A stretch of 64,000 nucleotides of DNA from Felis catus (GCF_018350175.1 NC_058380.1:4278001-4342000); one strand, 5' to 3'. Counted from the first letter of the stretch, positions 38,586-53,120 are shown. Program-made: numbers and translations. The notes: a model not told the origin generated them from the sequence alone.

Positions 38586-39899
38586 ATTACACCATAAAGA
38601 AAACCAAACTCAGAAGCCTTTCACAGCAGGCAGTGGCTGTGTGAGTGCAGCCGGGGCACCGGGCACCTCTCCCGCCGAGGAGCGAGCACAACTGGGCAGC
38701 TAGGAGAGGACCAGCTCCACCAACGGGCACGCTCACACAGAAGAGGCTCTCAGTTCCGAGATCCTGCCCAGAAGCACAGCTGGGGAGCCGTCAGCCAGCC
38801 ACAGAGCTCAAAACTAGGCTTTCTCTGGCCCCGAGTATTACTTTCAGGAGGCTTCTGTACAGAACTCTTTCATAACTGGTTCAAAAACTGACTGGTTAAT
38901 TATTCTGCGAAGCAGACTCCTTATTAATTTTGACGATGGGAATGTGAAGCGAGGCCGGCCAAACTTCTTATGGTTTAGGCAGAACGTGGTACATCTCTTA
39001 CTGCCCTGACGACGAATAAGAAATAATAATCCCATGTCCTGGCTGCTGCTACAGGGACAGTCATACCGTGACATGCAAACACAGCAACACTTATATACCT
39101 TAAACTTACATGATGTTATATAGCAATTCTACCTCAGTTTTTAAAAATAAATAAAACGTAAGGAAGCAAGGAAGTAAATAGACACACAGAGAGTACCATC
39201 CCTCAAAATCTCTCTTCCGCAGGTATTCTGAAATAGGAAATTCCAGTCAGAGAGGTTCATTCTCTGACTCCTTTTAAAATACACAAACTTGTTGAAGTCC
39301 ACGGAGTGTTATTCACACATGGAGGAATTTATCGGCTTTATTTTAAGAGCAAAGGGTGACCAGGCCGGGACGGGGCCCATTCCCAGGCTGCCACGGAAGA
39401 CCAGAGTGTTCCCGGGAGCGCAGGGACGGACGGGGCTGTGGAACAGGTGTGCTCCACCTGTCTGTACCTGTCTATGCATTCTGGGGGGAAGTGAGGGTGT
39501 GAGAGGCCAGGCTAGACTCACACGTGCTCCCCAGAGTGCACTTCACAGCACACTCGGTGACAAAAGAAACAGCCAGCCACGTCAGGGTCTACAGTCGGGA
39601 AATGAATTTAATGGAAAACCAGGATCCAGTTAATTTTGTCTGACAAAAAAAAAAAAAAAAACACAAACAAATAAACATCGATCAAGAATATAACAGAAAG
39701 CTAATCTGAGTGGCTCCAAGGTCACCTCAAGTCACGACAAGCCAAACGGAGTTTTTGCTACTCGGCCCTCAATCCTTTCTTCCTACAGGCCTCGGGTATT
39801 TCTAGATTCCTCTAGTCTCCCGCCTCCCCAGTCTCCCGTCTCTGCCATCAGAACCTTTCCCTGGGCCTCCTTCCGGCCTCGGCTCACGTCCTTCTAGGA

Positions 39900-41050
39900 C
39901 CAGCTTCCCGAGGAAGGACAGTAAATGATGCCCCCACCGTCCCTCGCCCCCACCCCCCGCCCCCCGGTCTCTCCAAACCCGCTCTTGCTTTTGCTTGCCA
40001 GTGACACCGTGCGACTGTCCTGCAGCCAGTGGGCGCTATCCGGTCCCTATTAAACCTGCTGCCTCCGATGATCAGGCATTCGTGCTGGGCACTCCTCCGT
40101 GAGTTCCTCTCTTCGACTGCCTGGCGAGTCCCTGTCAACTTTCCTGTCTTTCCTTCACCTTCTGGTTATTCCTCAGCCTTCTTTCCCTCTCAACAGAAGC
40201 TCCCCAGGAGGTCTCATTCCCACCCGTAACCTTCACCACCTACAATACCAATGATGGCCAGATGTCCCTCTCAAACCCAAACTTCAGTCTCAACTGCATC
40301 TCTGTAAGCACCTGCCTGTTGGGACATCTCCACTTGAACGCTTTATCATGTTCAAGCCAGCCTGTCAATCCTTCTTCCAGATTCTCTTTCACACCTGGCA
40401 GTACTTCCATCCACCAACGTCCCCCAGACAGACACCCAGAAGTCGTCACGGAAGGCCTCCTTTCCACAGCTCACAAATCTCCAAGTCCCCCCCTTTCCTG
40501 TAGCCGGAGTTCTGGGTCCCCTCATTTCTCACCAGCGTACATCTGGGCCTGTGACTGGCTGGTCCCTTCCTGTGCATCTTCCCTATTTCTTGAAGTATAA
40601 TCATTCTAAATGGCAAACGCCGTCATGCTACCCGCTTCAGAATTGTACAATGATTTGTTCCACACTCGGGATAAAAACGGAGAAAACAATTAGCATGGTA
40701 CAGAAGACACCCGATAAACGAGGTTCTGTCCACCAGCCCGACCTCTTCTCCAGCCTCAGGCACATAGTCCACGTTCTGGCCCCAACCTACTTACAGCACC
40801 TGCAGAAGCTGTCCCAGCCATACCTGCAGACAAGCTGGCCTGTGCCCTGAACGCCCAGCCCACAACGACGGGCCGTGCCAGGCACTGCTCACAGCCCCTT
40901 CCTTTGCACTCCAGGGGACTCGGTACCCGCTTGTCCATCAGAGCACTTACCACCCTACCGCCCGCTCTGGAACGGACATTCACGTCGCACCGATGCCGGT
41001 CGATGACATTCTTCTTTCTACTCTGGGACCGCCTGTTCTGTCTCTAGCGC
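39900..41050 (+). mobile_element. L2 fragments
   Basis: accaatgatggccagatgtccctctcaaacccaaacttcagtctc...cctgttgggacatctccacttgaa resembles the L2 ORF2 end. Confidence 0.7.
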
Positions 41051-43674
41051 ATGCCGCCCCGTAGTCTCCCTACTTGGCTTTTTTTCACCTCCTTCTTTCA
41101 CTTAGTACTTTAAAGACATAACATGAAGACATGTAGCCCGAGGGAGCTCCACGGAAAAGAAAAGCTGCAAAGGTTCCTGACCAGGAGAGAGAAGAAGTGG
41201 CCGGGTCCCCTCCTGGCCACAAGAAAATGCCACATTTTGAAACATTTGCTTCTACCTGCGGGAAGCCGACTCGTCAGAGACAGAAACCACAAAGGTGAGT
41301 TTAAAGGAATCAAACCCCGGTCTGCAATATACGTACCACTGAGCTCCAGTTCCTGAGAATTCCAACTCCTAGCTAACGGAGGTTGTCTCAGAGTCTTTAG
41401 ACACCCTCCCAAATTAGGAACAGATTCATATGCAAAGAGGAATTTTTCTTCTCATCAAACCGTGTGCTGAAAATGTAGACTGAGTACAGGGGTCGAAGGG
41501 ATAAATTGCCCACAAATCCCAAAAGTCATATTCCACAACTTCACGAGCCCTGAAGCACAACAGGAAGCATACAGCAAGATTATGACTCCTGGCCATCTGT
41601 AACGTCCTCAACACCGCATCAGGGACGGCGGCCTCGGAAAGACTTGGCAAGGCTTTGCTCTACATTTTTATTAGTGAATATTCTCAAAGAAAGATCATCC
41701 TTAAAAATCACACGTAGCCAAAGAAAGTTAAAAAGCTGTCATTTTTTTGGAAGGATAAAATGTCATTAAGAAGAAAAAAAGAGGTAATGCAGGTAAAAAC
41801 ACAAACAAAACAGATTAGTCAACATACCCTCCCTCGAGTTGTTAAGAGGTGCCATAAACATTATGTTGAGAAAATAAAATGATGGGGGAGAGGGTGGAGC
41901 AACAGGCAGGTTTCTGGTTCCTCCTGACCTGGAGTACAGGTAAGAACTAAGGAGAAATAAATAAATGTGCTGACTGCGGATCCGGGGGGCGGGGGGTTGC
42001 TGAAATGAGTCTCGTGCTCATGTATTCTTAATTCTGAAGGTAGAGAATAAATACTTTCCCTACATGCTTATACTCTTTGGATACAATGCAAATTATTTTC
42101 GAATTTGATAGTTAAAAACCTCAGAAATTTTCTCAAGGGGCTGTAAGTTTTGAACATCACATCTTATGTGAAATATAGAAGATAAAATGACAAGAAACGT
42201 CAGGTCCTTATGCAAAACAAGAACGAGGAAAATAGAGTATTAGCACACTCAAATCATTAAACAGGTAAATTACCTGCTACTTTCAAAGGCTGATCAACAT
42301 AAACTAGCATTATATAAAGCAGTCTATAAAATTTTTCCCACTAAAGAATTATTCAAGCAGAACAGCTTAATTAGCTTTCGATGAGTAACTGAATTTCAAC
42401 CGTTTGATGAGATTATAAATTCTGAAGTTCTAGTGTGTCAACTACACTTCAATTAAAAAAACTTTTTTTAATTAAATTTTTAAAAAAATCTTCAATTTTA
42501 CATAATCCTAATCTTTCCCTGAGAGACGTTTCTCTTAGCAGATTTTCTTCAGGAAAAGATGAGTCAGCCCCAAGCGCACACTAGTTTCACGGTTACCTCA
42601 TACGCTTGTTTTTACATCCAGTACTTTTTCTGCTTGGGAGCACTTCATGATCTCAGTGGACTCGCCGAGACACTGCAGAAGGCCCAACTCCCCACCTCAC
42701 AGAACTGAGCAGTACGGCAATGGCAGCGTGTGACGGCAGTGTGTGTCTGGACGACGCTGGACGGCCAGGAGCGGAGGCCCCGGCCAACTGCAAAGGCGAG
42801 ACCCCGTGACCCGACGTGACGCAACCTACAGGCTCAGACGCTATTTTGAGTTCAGTACAGGAAACGGGCCAGGTGTGACAAAGAAGATAGCAATCCTTTG
42901 AAATGCTCCTAAAAATGTAATTAAAGCAAACAATTAAAGCTCTGCTATTTTAAGAGAAAAATAAAGGAGGTGCCCAGGAAGGCTCTGGCCTACCTCAGTG
43001 GCCCTCAGGAGGACACCCGATGACGGGGGCCACTCGAGTCGGGAGACCACAAATGAGGGGAAGGAGCAGCGAAGGCCTACTTTCAGCTCTGAGAGAGATA
43101 GCAGAGGTGATGGAAACTTCCAGATGTTTCCAGAAAAAAACAATCCGATTATGAAGGGAAAATGCTAGTGTCAGTCACGATTTTTAAATACGGTTCTTAT
43201 ATAAAACAGAGACATCAAATATTTCAAAAGAAATGCCCACATAATATACATGAAATCTGACTTTATTGAAATCATTCCAAAAAAAATTAAAGTCAAGGTT
43301 AACTGAAAATTATAATAAATTCCTACTATCACTAACTCCAACTCCAACTTTCACCTTCAGCCAAAAGTGCCCTCCCCCGTTCCCATCATCACATTTCCAA
43401 GGAACCACAGACACAAAACTGCTCCTGCCCAAGCCTGCAGGTGCTGGGCCTGTGTGCCCCACAGCGGGGGGGCAGGGGTCAGGGGGCTGTGTGCCCCACG
43501 GTGGGAGGGGGGCGGGGGGGGGGAGGCCTATACATGGGAGCCACCGTGCCCGGGCGTCAGGGAGCGCTCGCTGTACAATCTAAGGGAAGATCCTGGATGC
43601 TTCTAGGCCAACCTCTTATGTACCTGCCTTCGCCATTTCCCATCCAGCTACCTACAGATCTAGCAGGTGCGAGA

Positions 43675-43870
43675 AAGTGCTTACTCCATGCAGGCACTGT
43701 CTTAATCACCCGACAAATATTACTGAAGCCCCCGGCCAGCCTCATGACATCAGAACCGTTATGACCCTCACCACCAACGGGGACATGGAGCAGAGGAACT
43801 GCTGTTACTTGCGGGGAACGGCCACCGCTGGAGCACAGATGGCCTGACTCCAGGCATTTGCCCTTCACCA
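43675..43870 (-). mobile_element. MIR
   Basis: aagtgcttactccatgcaggcactgtcttaa..., degraded MIR. Confidence 0.55.
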
Positions 43871-44799
43871 GTTCTCACGGCCTGCACCCCGAGCCCGTGG
43901 GGAAGGATTCTGCACTGCGAGGCCACCTTCCGTCCTTCCTCAAGGACCCGGGGACCAGGAAGCTGAAGGAAGGGAAATGCCGACACCCCGGCGAAGTCTG
44001 AGCAGCACACCTGCTCGGAGCCCTGTGAACTCCGGGAGCCCTAGAGCAACGTGCAGTCCACGCAGCCCGACCAAGGCAACCAAGGGCACCGGGTGCAAGG
44101 CAACGGTCAGCTGGCTGGAGCAGGACTCTGACCTGAGACTTCCCTGCAAACTTCCGACCCGGACCGTCCGAGAGCCTGACTGCAGGTTATCAGAGAAGGC
44201 CAGCACCAGATCACCCCTTCCTCCCCAAATTCCCAATCAAATAAAGCCGCCCCGGGGCAACACAGAGAAGAGAGAGCAGCAAGGTCAAGGCCCCCACACT
44301 CCCCGCCAGCCCCGTCTGGAAGATTGTACTCAACATAACCGGACAGGAACCTCCACTGTCCACCGCTACTCCGGGTGTTCACTGCGATGGAAAAGAAAAG
44401 AAAGACTTCTCGGCACGTGAAATGTTGCCTGACAAATGTAGTTTTTTCCATTTCTGATGAAAACCTAACTCTAGAAGTAGTCTACGTTTACCTGGTAGGA
44501 AAAAATAAGCCATTCCTGCCTTGCTTCGCAAAGTCTCAGGCCCTGTGTCCTTGCTTTGCAAAGCAGTGTGGCCCAACAGCATTAGCATCCCCTGGAAGCC
44601 TGTGGAAACGGAGAAGCCCAGGTCCCAGCCCACAACTACCCAACCAGCAGTTGCGCCGTTAACGAGAGCCACAAGCGGAGCTCTGGATACCCAGCTAACC
44701 CACAGGGAGCCTCACCAGCTCACCATCCCGCAGGATGGCCTGCCGACCCCTACGTGGACGGAGGAAGCACGGAGAAGCAAACTCTTTGGGTAAGACTCG

Positions 44800-45230
44800 T
44801 AACAGTAAAGGCGGTAAAGGCTTACACACAGACGTCTAGCAGCTGTATGTGGTACATCCACCGGCTAGGCAATAAAAAGGAACCAACTACTGACTGACCC
44901 GTGCGAAACATCGAAGACTCCAAAAATACGCTGAAAGACAACTGGCGAATGAATACATCCTGTGTTCCATTTATGAAAACGTCTGCAAATGGAAACTAGT
45001 CTCTAGTGATGGAAAACAGCTCAGTGGTTATGTGGGGACAGGCAGGGAAGGGGCAGGGGCAGGAGAAAGGGATCACTGGGGGCCATGAAGAAACTTCTGG
45101 GGGTGATGGCCATGTTCACCATCTTGATTTGTGGTGATGTTTCCACAGGTCAGAGTCAACACACTGTACGTGTTAACACGTGCAACTTACTATATGTTGG
45201 TTATTCCTCAACAGACCTCTTTGTTAAAAA
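44800..45230 (+). mobile_element. L1MD/ME 3' end
   Basis: ggcaataaaaaggaacc...gaaacttctgggggtgatggccatgttcaccatcttgatttgtggtgatg. Confidence 0.8.
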
Positions 45231-45439
45231 TCTAGGACGTGAACAATATGAAAATGATAAATCCAATGCAAGAAAGTATACTAGTTTCCTGATCTTTTAT
45301 AAACAGGGGTCAATTATTCATGTTTCTATTTATATGGAGATAATTCAAATTTGACAAATCAGGTAACACGGATATGAGTCAATTTAAAATTATAAAGAAA
45401 ACACTAAGAAACATGATGAGAAAAGTAAAAGGGAAGAAT

Positions 45440-46640
45440 TTTGTTTTAATCGAAACACAACTGAGACACCATGTTATATTAGCTTCAGGTATATAACACA
45501 GCACTTCGACGACCCTGTCCGTCACTCAGTGCTCACCCGCTAAGTGCTCTCACCACCTGTCACCACACGATGTTACTGCGATATTACCGTTCCCTACGCT
45601 GTATGCTTCATCTCCACGACTCACTCACAACCCGAAGCTTGTACCTCTTGATCCCTTCATCTATTTTACCCACTCCCACCCTCCAACAACCTCAGTTTAT
45701 TCTCGTATTTAATATTAAATATGTGTATTTAAGCATCCAGTTTTTTGCTTGTTTGTTCATTTGATTTTTTAGATTCCACATATAAGTGAAATCGTACGGC
45801 ATTTATCTTTCTCCGTCTGACTTATCTCACATAGCATCACAGCCTGCATGTCTATTCATGTTGCTGCAAACGGCAAGACCTCCTTCTTTTCTATGGCTGA
45901 GTAATATTCGTGTGTGTCTGTGTGCGGGGGGGGGGGGTGCATATAGCATATACACACCACATCTTCTTTATCCATCCATCTACTGATGGACAATTGGGTT
46001 GTTTCCACGTCTTGGCTGGTGTGAATAATGTTGCAACAAACAGGGCGGCAGATATNNNNNNNNNNNNNNNNNNNNNNNNNNNNNNNNNNNNNNNNNNNNN
46101 NNNNNNNNNNNNNNNNNNNNNNNNNNNNNNNNNNNNNNNNNNNNNNNNNNNNNNNNNNNNNNNNNNNNNNNNNNNNNNNNNNNNNNNNNNNNNNGCACAA
46201 GGATTTTTCACCACATCCTGACCAAAACCCATTACTTCTTGCCTCTTTCATACCAGCCGTTATGACACGTGTGCAGTGACATCTCATGGTGCTTTGATCG
46301 GCATTTCCCTGATGCTGAGCAGTGTGGGGCATCTTTTGGGCGTCTGTTGACCATCTGGGTGTCTTCTTTGGAACACTGTCTATTCAGACCTTCTGCCCAT
46401 TTTCTAATCAGACTGCTTTTCTGGCGTTGGGTCACAGAAGTTATTCATATATTTTTGATATTAACTCCATATCAGACATATCAACTGCAAATATGTCCAC
46501 CCATTCACTAGGTTGCCTTTTTGTTTTGTCAATGATTTCCTTTGCTGTGCAAAAGCTTTTTGTTTTGATATAATCCCAACAGTTTGCTTTTCCTCCTTTC
46601 CCTTGCCTGAGGAGACACACCCATGAATATGTTGTTCAGG
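45440..46640 (-). mobile_element. L1 3' portion (L1MA9/carnivore-like)
   Basis: tttttagattccacatataagtgaaatc...catcttctttatccatccatctactgatggaca...tttgctgtgcaaaagctttt. Confidence 0.93.
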
Positions 46641-48276
46641 GCAATGGGGAGGGAGGAATTTAAACTGGAAATATAACAGTTCTGGAACTGCTCATAGCAA
46701 GACGTCAACAGAACTTTCCAAAGGAAAGGATCAAGTACACTATGTAAAGTTATAATAAAAATAACCAGGTGGTCCAAAAAACAACCCTTTCCCATTATTA
46801 GAATAAACCCACAAATAGAACAAAAAACAAAAACTACATAGCATATTTAGTATGATTTTTAAACGTAAAGCCACCAAAATCAGAAGGCATAAAAAATCAT
46901 GACAGACATAAACACCAAACATATCAATACATTTAAAGAAGATGTGATCAACTAGTAAGGAAAAGACTCCAAACGGATCACAGAGCAAAACCCAATTATA
47001 AGCAGAACACTAGAGAAACATCTAAAGCAAAAGAGAAAACAGAATTTATTTTTAATTTGAAGGACACGTATGGTATATCTCCGAGTCAAGTACAAAGAAA
47101 ACATCTCATAATCTTACTAAGTAAAGGCAGCATTTTAAATGGGCAAAGAAGCAGCACTGTGTAAACTTGATGAAGGAGGAGGCCACAACAAAGATCTAGG
47201 AGCAATAAAGTATCTACGCACCAACACAGCAGCATCCGCGAAGCACAAACGCAATAGACAAATTCAAAACAGCACAAATATTACAGCCGTTCTCCGACCA
47301 TTATGTAGTAATTGAACTAGAAAATTACAACAAAAATACTAGCTAGCCGGGGATAGAAAATAAAGACGGCCCGAAGGCACACTCTCTTTCCCACTTAGGA
47401 GCTCAGCAGAGAGTGGGGCCCCAGTGAGGATCTACCCAGCAGAAGCACAGGCTCCCGCCACCCACCTGCACAGGCAACCCTCCGACAAGGCCACTTTCCG
47501 ACGGAGCGTGTCCAGTACAGAGGGCGGTACAGACGTTCTCCTCCTCCCCCAGGTGCTACCTATGTACAGCATGGCAGAAGCGGGTCCCATGCCCCTGTAA
47601 CTCTGGCCCCCAATTCCTTCTACCCCAACAAATTTTTTATTTATTCAAGTGGATGAATGTTAAAAATACGAAATGGGCTCATCCTTAGCTCAGCTCCTCC
47701 TTCTTTCCCAGAACACGGGTTCTCCTCCATATGCCTACGTGCAAAGCACCCTGCTTTGCAGTGTTGTGCAATGTGGGTGCTGGGCCAACTGGTGCAGGAG
47801 GCAGCCGGTGCCCACCCAGCCTAGCTGTGACGGCGACGCCCACCCAACGTGGCAGATCCAAATAGGCCAATCCCCTCATCAACAGATCTAAGGCCACAAA
47901 CTTCAACTGAGCTCACATCAGTAATTAAGGGAATAGTTTGCCCCTTTTTCTACATTTTATTTTTCAATTTATTTCAAACCTTAGAGAGAAGGAGGATTTC
48001 TATTTATTAAAGCTCCCTCAGATCCCATAATGATATGTATACTTTCTGCACTGCTGTTTGTCATAGTAAAAAACGAAAAACTACCTAAATGCCCATCAGA
48101 AAAAAACAATTATATGCATTATGGCATGTCTCTAGCGAATAATACAAGAAAACAATTTTTTAAAGTGCAGTGATAAAAAAATTCCACATTGGAGAAAACT
48201 AGACTCCAAATATTCCCAGAATTTTTCAAATACAATCTCTACCACTCAGCCGACGGATAACCAAGAAAACAAGACA

Positions 48277-48440
48277 GGGGACACCTGGGTGGCTCAGTGG
48301 GGTGAGCTTCCGTCTCTTGGATTTGGCTCAGGTCATGATCTCATATCAGGCTCTGTGCTGATAGTGCAGGGCCTGCTTGGGATTCTCTCTCCCTCTCTGC
48401 CCCTCCCCCAGCTCACAATCTCTCTCAAAACAAACATGAA
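48277..48440 (+). mobile_element. Can-SINE
   Basis: ggggacacctgggtggctcag head. Confidence 0.9.
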
Positions 48441-48459
48441 AGAAAGGAAAGAAACGAAA

Positions 48460-48522
48460 GGGAAAGAGAAAGGGAAAGGGAAAGGGAAAGGGAAAGGGAA
48501 AGGGAAGGGGAAGGGGAAGGGG
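48460..48522 (+). repeat. (GGGAAA)n/(GGGGAA)n purine repeat expanded from the SINE tail
   Basis: Directly visible. Confidence 0.95.
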
Positions 48523-50116
48523 AGGAAAAAAGGGATACAAGATGTGGTAAGAACCAGTAGAAAGAAACCATAAGAAAATACCCATCCAAAATTGAGATCC
48601 ACAATCTTCAAACACTGATTCTCATATCAAGACATGAAGCCAAGCATGACACTGTGAACTATAAAAAGGGACTTAGTAATTTCTAAAAGAACCGAAAAGT
48701 ATTTAAATGAAACAAGAAAACCTCAATGTGTGCACCGAATTAGGTACAGCTTAGGAAAAATCAGTGAACCTGTCTGTGGTGACAGGACACCATTCAGAGA
48801 GGGGCGAGGAGGAACAGGCAGGTGGCCAGATGGAAGAGGGTGCGTACAGGTGCAGTGAGAACGTCTGATACGTGCCTCCATGGCAGAAAATATGGGAAAC
48901 CAACACCCATCTTAATGAGTTTAAAAGAAAGCAGCAAATCTAACCAGAAGGAAAAAGGGTAATAAAAATGAGGGTGGAAGTTAATAAAACAGAAACAATA
49001 GAGGGGATTACTAAGGCCCAAAAGAGATTTCTGAAATGCACCACAAAAACTGCTAAGGCTCTTCAGGGACCGACCAAAGAAAACGGAAAGAGGACACCAG
49101 TAAGCAAAGCCAGGAGAAAAGAGGACAATCACTGTTGACTCTTCAGATAATTAAGCAGTAAGAGAATGTTATGAATGACATTATACCAATGCATTTGAAA
49201 GTCTCGATGAAATGGATGAATTCCTAGGGAATTATTAATTTCCAAAAATAAAATTCAACAATAGAAAACTTGTTTATGTGGTTATTTTCACATATATACT
49301 TGCATATAATGTATGTATCAATGCATGTATACAAATATATATTCACGCAAGGGCCAAGAAAAGGTCTAAAAATATTAAAGTAATTAAATATTAATTAAAA
49401 TACTAAAGTCAGGGAATTAGCAATCATAACCTGGGTGGACAGAAAGATAATGGAAGAAAGCTGCTTTAAAAAGTTCCAAATTTTCACATTAAACACACAT
49501 TCAGATACTCCTCATGGAATTAAAAGCTAACAAACAAAAAAGCCAAAAAAGAATTAAAGTGATTTCCCTTTTTGGTCTTGCAGAATTCTAGAATATTCCA
49601 GGGTAATATTTTAAAGTGACAGAGCTTGGTTGATAAGCGCATTTCTTTGGCTATATTTAGCAAAACAGTATAATTTCCACACGGCCATCCAAAATCATAA
49701 CATGATTAACACCCAGTGAAAGTCAGCAAAGGCAGTCAAATCCCACAGACAGAAGGACAGAGATCCTAAGTCGCAAAGGGAAGTGCAGCTCTATTTGAAA
49801 CTATGACACAATAGGCGGGGGATGTTAGCACTTCTGAGGAAAAACAACAGGCTCCTGGATACTGTCTCATTTTACTGTTTTCCATCATTCCTGGCCAAAG
49901 GATAAAGAAACTGGAAAGTGAGATCTGGAAGTTACCATTTGGAAAACTACTAAGTACATTCAACTAGAGCGTGCTGTCAGTCCTCCGCGTACCGTAATTT
50001 CGCACTTTCAATTTCTAGTTATTACATCAAACTGGGGGGGGGGGGGGCAGAAATGTAAACTACAGCTAGATTGCATCCAATTTAACAAAATTAACTCCTT
50101 ATTTCAAAAATCTCCT

Positions 50117-50346
50117 TGGGGCGCCTGGGTGGCTCAGTCGGTTGAGCGTCCGACTTAGCTCAGGTCACAATCTCACAGTTCGTGAGTTTGAGCCCTGCAT
50201 CGGGCTCTATGCTGACAGCTCAGAGCCTGGGGCCTGCTTTGAATACTGTGTCTCCCTTTCTCTCTGTTCCTCCCCCGTTCATGCTCTATCCTCTCTCTCC
50301 TTCAAAAATAAATTTTTAAAAAAACATTGAAAAAAAATTTTTTTTT
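50117..50346 (+). mobile_element. Can-SINE (SINEC_Fc-like)
   Basis: Full copy with TSD aaatctcctt. Confidence 0.95.
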
Positions 50347-50488
50347 AAATCTCCTTGACTTCAAACAAAGGAAAATGCATAATGAACACACACATTTCGG
50401 GTCAACCGGGCACACTGACAAATAATTCTGCAAACTTTAAAAATGTTCTTTACTAAACAATTCTTAACACATCTAAAATAAAAGTCAA

Positions 50489-50626
50489 GGGCGCCTGAGT
50501 GGCTCAGTCAGTTAAATGTCCGACTTCGGCTCAGGTCATGATCTCACGCTTTGTGAGTTTGGGTCCCTGCGTGGGGCTCTGTGTTGTCAGTGCAGAGCCT
50601 GGAGCCTGCTTAGGATCCCCCCTCCC

Positions 50627-50676
<50 letters not shown>

Positions 50677-50726
50677 CCTCTCTGCTCTCTCTCTCTCTCA
50701 AAAATAAACATTTAAAATAAATAATT
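50489..50726 (+). mobile_element. Can-SINE
   Basis: Full copy with a long (CT)n tract and TSD aaataaaagtcaa. Confidence 0.95.
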
Positions 50727-50934
50727 AAATAAAAGTCAAATAATCAGGGGACAGCAAAAACATATACTAAGTGCATAATCTTTCAAATTGTATGTGATAA
50801 CTCATTGTGGCACTAATTATTTTCAAAATAAGCTTTATTTCAGATCAAGTAAAACACAAATTAAGTATCTGAAAAAGCTCTGAACTGTCAAATGATGGTA
50901 AATTACCAAACTCTAACAAAAAAAATCAATCAAT

Positions 50935-51090
50935 GGGGCACCTGGGTAGCTCAGTCTGTTGAGTGTCTGACTCTTGACTTCAGCTCAGGTCGTGATTTCA
51001 AGGTTGTGAGATCAAGCCCCACATCGGGCTCTGTGCTGAGCATGAAGCCTGCTTGGGATCCTCTCTTTTCCTCTCTCTCTGCCCCTCCCT
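50935..51090 (+). mobile_element. Can-SINE (3' end in gap)
   Basis: ggggcacctgggtagctcag head. Confidence 0.92.
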
Positions 51091-51829
51091 NNNNNNNNNN
51101 NNNNNNNNNNNNNNNNNNNNNNNNNNNNNNNNNNNNNNNNNNNNNNNNNNNNNNNNNNNNNNNNNNNNNNNNNNNNNNNNNNNNNNNNNNNNNNNNNNNN
51201 NNNNNNNNNNNNNNNNNNNNNTGTAAGTATCAGATGCTTCTAAATCAAATGCAAAGCTTAAAAGGAACATATCTGGAATTTATGCATACCCATTTGCATT
51301 CATTACTCAATCTCTCCATCTTAAAATGGGACGCCAGGGAGTTACAACTGGATTTATGTATACCTTTACAGGTATTTATTTATACCTTTACAGAGCACAG
51401 GCCTTAGTGTAATGGGTTATGTAATTAACAAGAACAGAACAATTAAACGCATGAAGTGACAAATACAACACTTTAACGTTTCATAAAATGTTATTCATAT
51501 TTAAAGGCTCTGCATCTGACCTCAGAGAGTATTATGAAGCCATGATAAATCAGCCACTATGCTTCACAGAAATCTATATACTACTTTTGAGAAAAAACTT
51601 CCCAAACACTATCATTTATAGTTGTTTTTTTTTTTTTAAGAAATCAAATTATGGGAAGTTTTTATCCATAACCAAGGCAAGTTCCAGATAACTAGTTTTT
51701 TCTAGACGGACCTACACCAAAAAGCCCAACAGTAAGATAGGGGGCCTTTCACAATTGTCTAAGGAATGGATCCCTTTCGTCCTGGGCCAGCCCAGGAAGG
51801 GGCTGCCAGCAGCCCCAACACGCCTCTCC

Positions 51830-52330
51830 ACAGGGGCCCTTGTCAACGACGCTGGCGACGGCTGTGCTGCAAAATGCAGTCGTCCGTGCTCTCCACTCAC
51901 CCTCCCGGACAGGTCAGCAGCGCGTGATCGAGGCCCGTTTCTCGAAAGACTTTCTTCAGCGGGCTTTCGGAACGCTGTTTTCTTCCTACCTCCCTACCCG
52001 GCGGATCTCTCAGAGTCTCCTTTCTGGTTCTTTTTCATCCCGGTGTTGACACATCACAGGGCTTCAGACTCTTCTCTCTGCAGTAACTCCGTCAGGGCCT
52101 CGCCCGGCGTCAAGGCTTCATTCACGTAAGGTGAGTGTCCTGAGCACTCCCCGATTGACGTCGCAAGCCTAGAACACGTGCCCCAACTGCAAACTCCTAT
52201 CTAGCTGCCTGCTCGACCGCACCACTTGGAGGTCCACTAGGCACCAACGCTCACGCTTCACACTGGGACTCCTGAGTTACTCCTCCCACAGCCGTCGAGC
52301 AAAGGGGCAGCTCTCCTATTTGATGAATCA
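51830..52330 (+). mobile_element. L2 ORF2 fragment (GC-shifted)
   Basis: tcagcagcgcgtgatc...ttctcgaaagactttcttcagcgggctttcggaac..ttttcttcctacctc resembles the L2 RT region. Confidence 0.75.
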
Positions 52331-52954
52331 CAGTAAAACAGATAGATAGAGTCAGCTCTATCACCCTCGGTCAGATCCTACGAGCAATGTGAACCGGGGG
52401 ACAAGAGAAACCCAGGCCAGGGCGGGCATGATTCCTGGGATCCGGGATAGAGGCGAACAGAAAGGGATTCTAGAGGACCCACTGTGGAGGAGACAGGAAG
52501 GTTCTCCTGTCTATACCAACGGACCCCATCACTTTACCTTTCCAATCATGGACCCACCAGCCAGCTGCCAAGCAAGATACCAGGTATACAGATGGAGAAA
52601 AACCCACCGTGTTCTCACAGCGGTAAGGGGCCACGGAAAGTATCGGATGGTTAAAGAAAGACTAGAATTCACATCTTCTGCCTCTACCTCAAGAGATTTC
52701 CAAACCGTATGCCTCCATAAACTGAGATCAAAACTATTCACAGAAGCTCACCACATATTGGTAACACATAAACTTGACTTTGTTGCAACAAAATTAACAT
52801 CGCACGACAATGTCCTTGGGAAAATGTTAAGCTGAGCTCATGTTCTGACATCATCGTAAGAGCAAGTTTATATGATGAGATATAAGGTGCTTCCAGCTTA
52901 AGATTAAGATGGCAGAAAGATCACCCGGTTACCAAAACATTAAGGAGTCCTCTC

Positions 52955-53120
52955 AAGCACCAGGGGGCTCAGTCAGCTAAGCGTCTGCCTCTTGATTTCA
53001 GCTCAGGTCATGAGATCAAGCCCTGTGTTGGGCTCCGCACACTGAGCACAGAGCCTGCTTGCGATTCCCGCCCTCTCCACCTGCTTGCATGTTTTCTCTC
53101 ACTCGCTCTCTCGGGGGAAA
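52955..53120 (+). mobile_element. Degraded Can-SINE
   Basis: gctcagtcagctaagcgtctgcctcttgatttcagctcaggtcatgagatc. Confidence 0.85.

Larger units (their letters stand above)
46650..49300 (+). mobile_element. Scattered old L1M fragments
   Basis: Degraded ORF2-like stretches (gagaatgttatgaatgacattataccaatgcatttgaaa...gatgaaatggatgaattccta). Confidence 0.5.

Noticed and set aside
42262-42276. Palindromic CAGGTAAATTACCTG giving a splice donor on both strands
   Set aside because: No convincing paired acceptor, and a 7-bp inverted repeat is expected by chance in 64 kb.
51712-52129. GC-rich ORF cluster as a coding exon
   Set aside because: It largely matches a degraded L2 element, with no AUH similarity.
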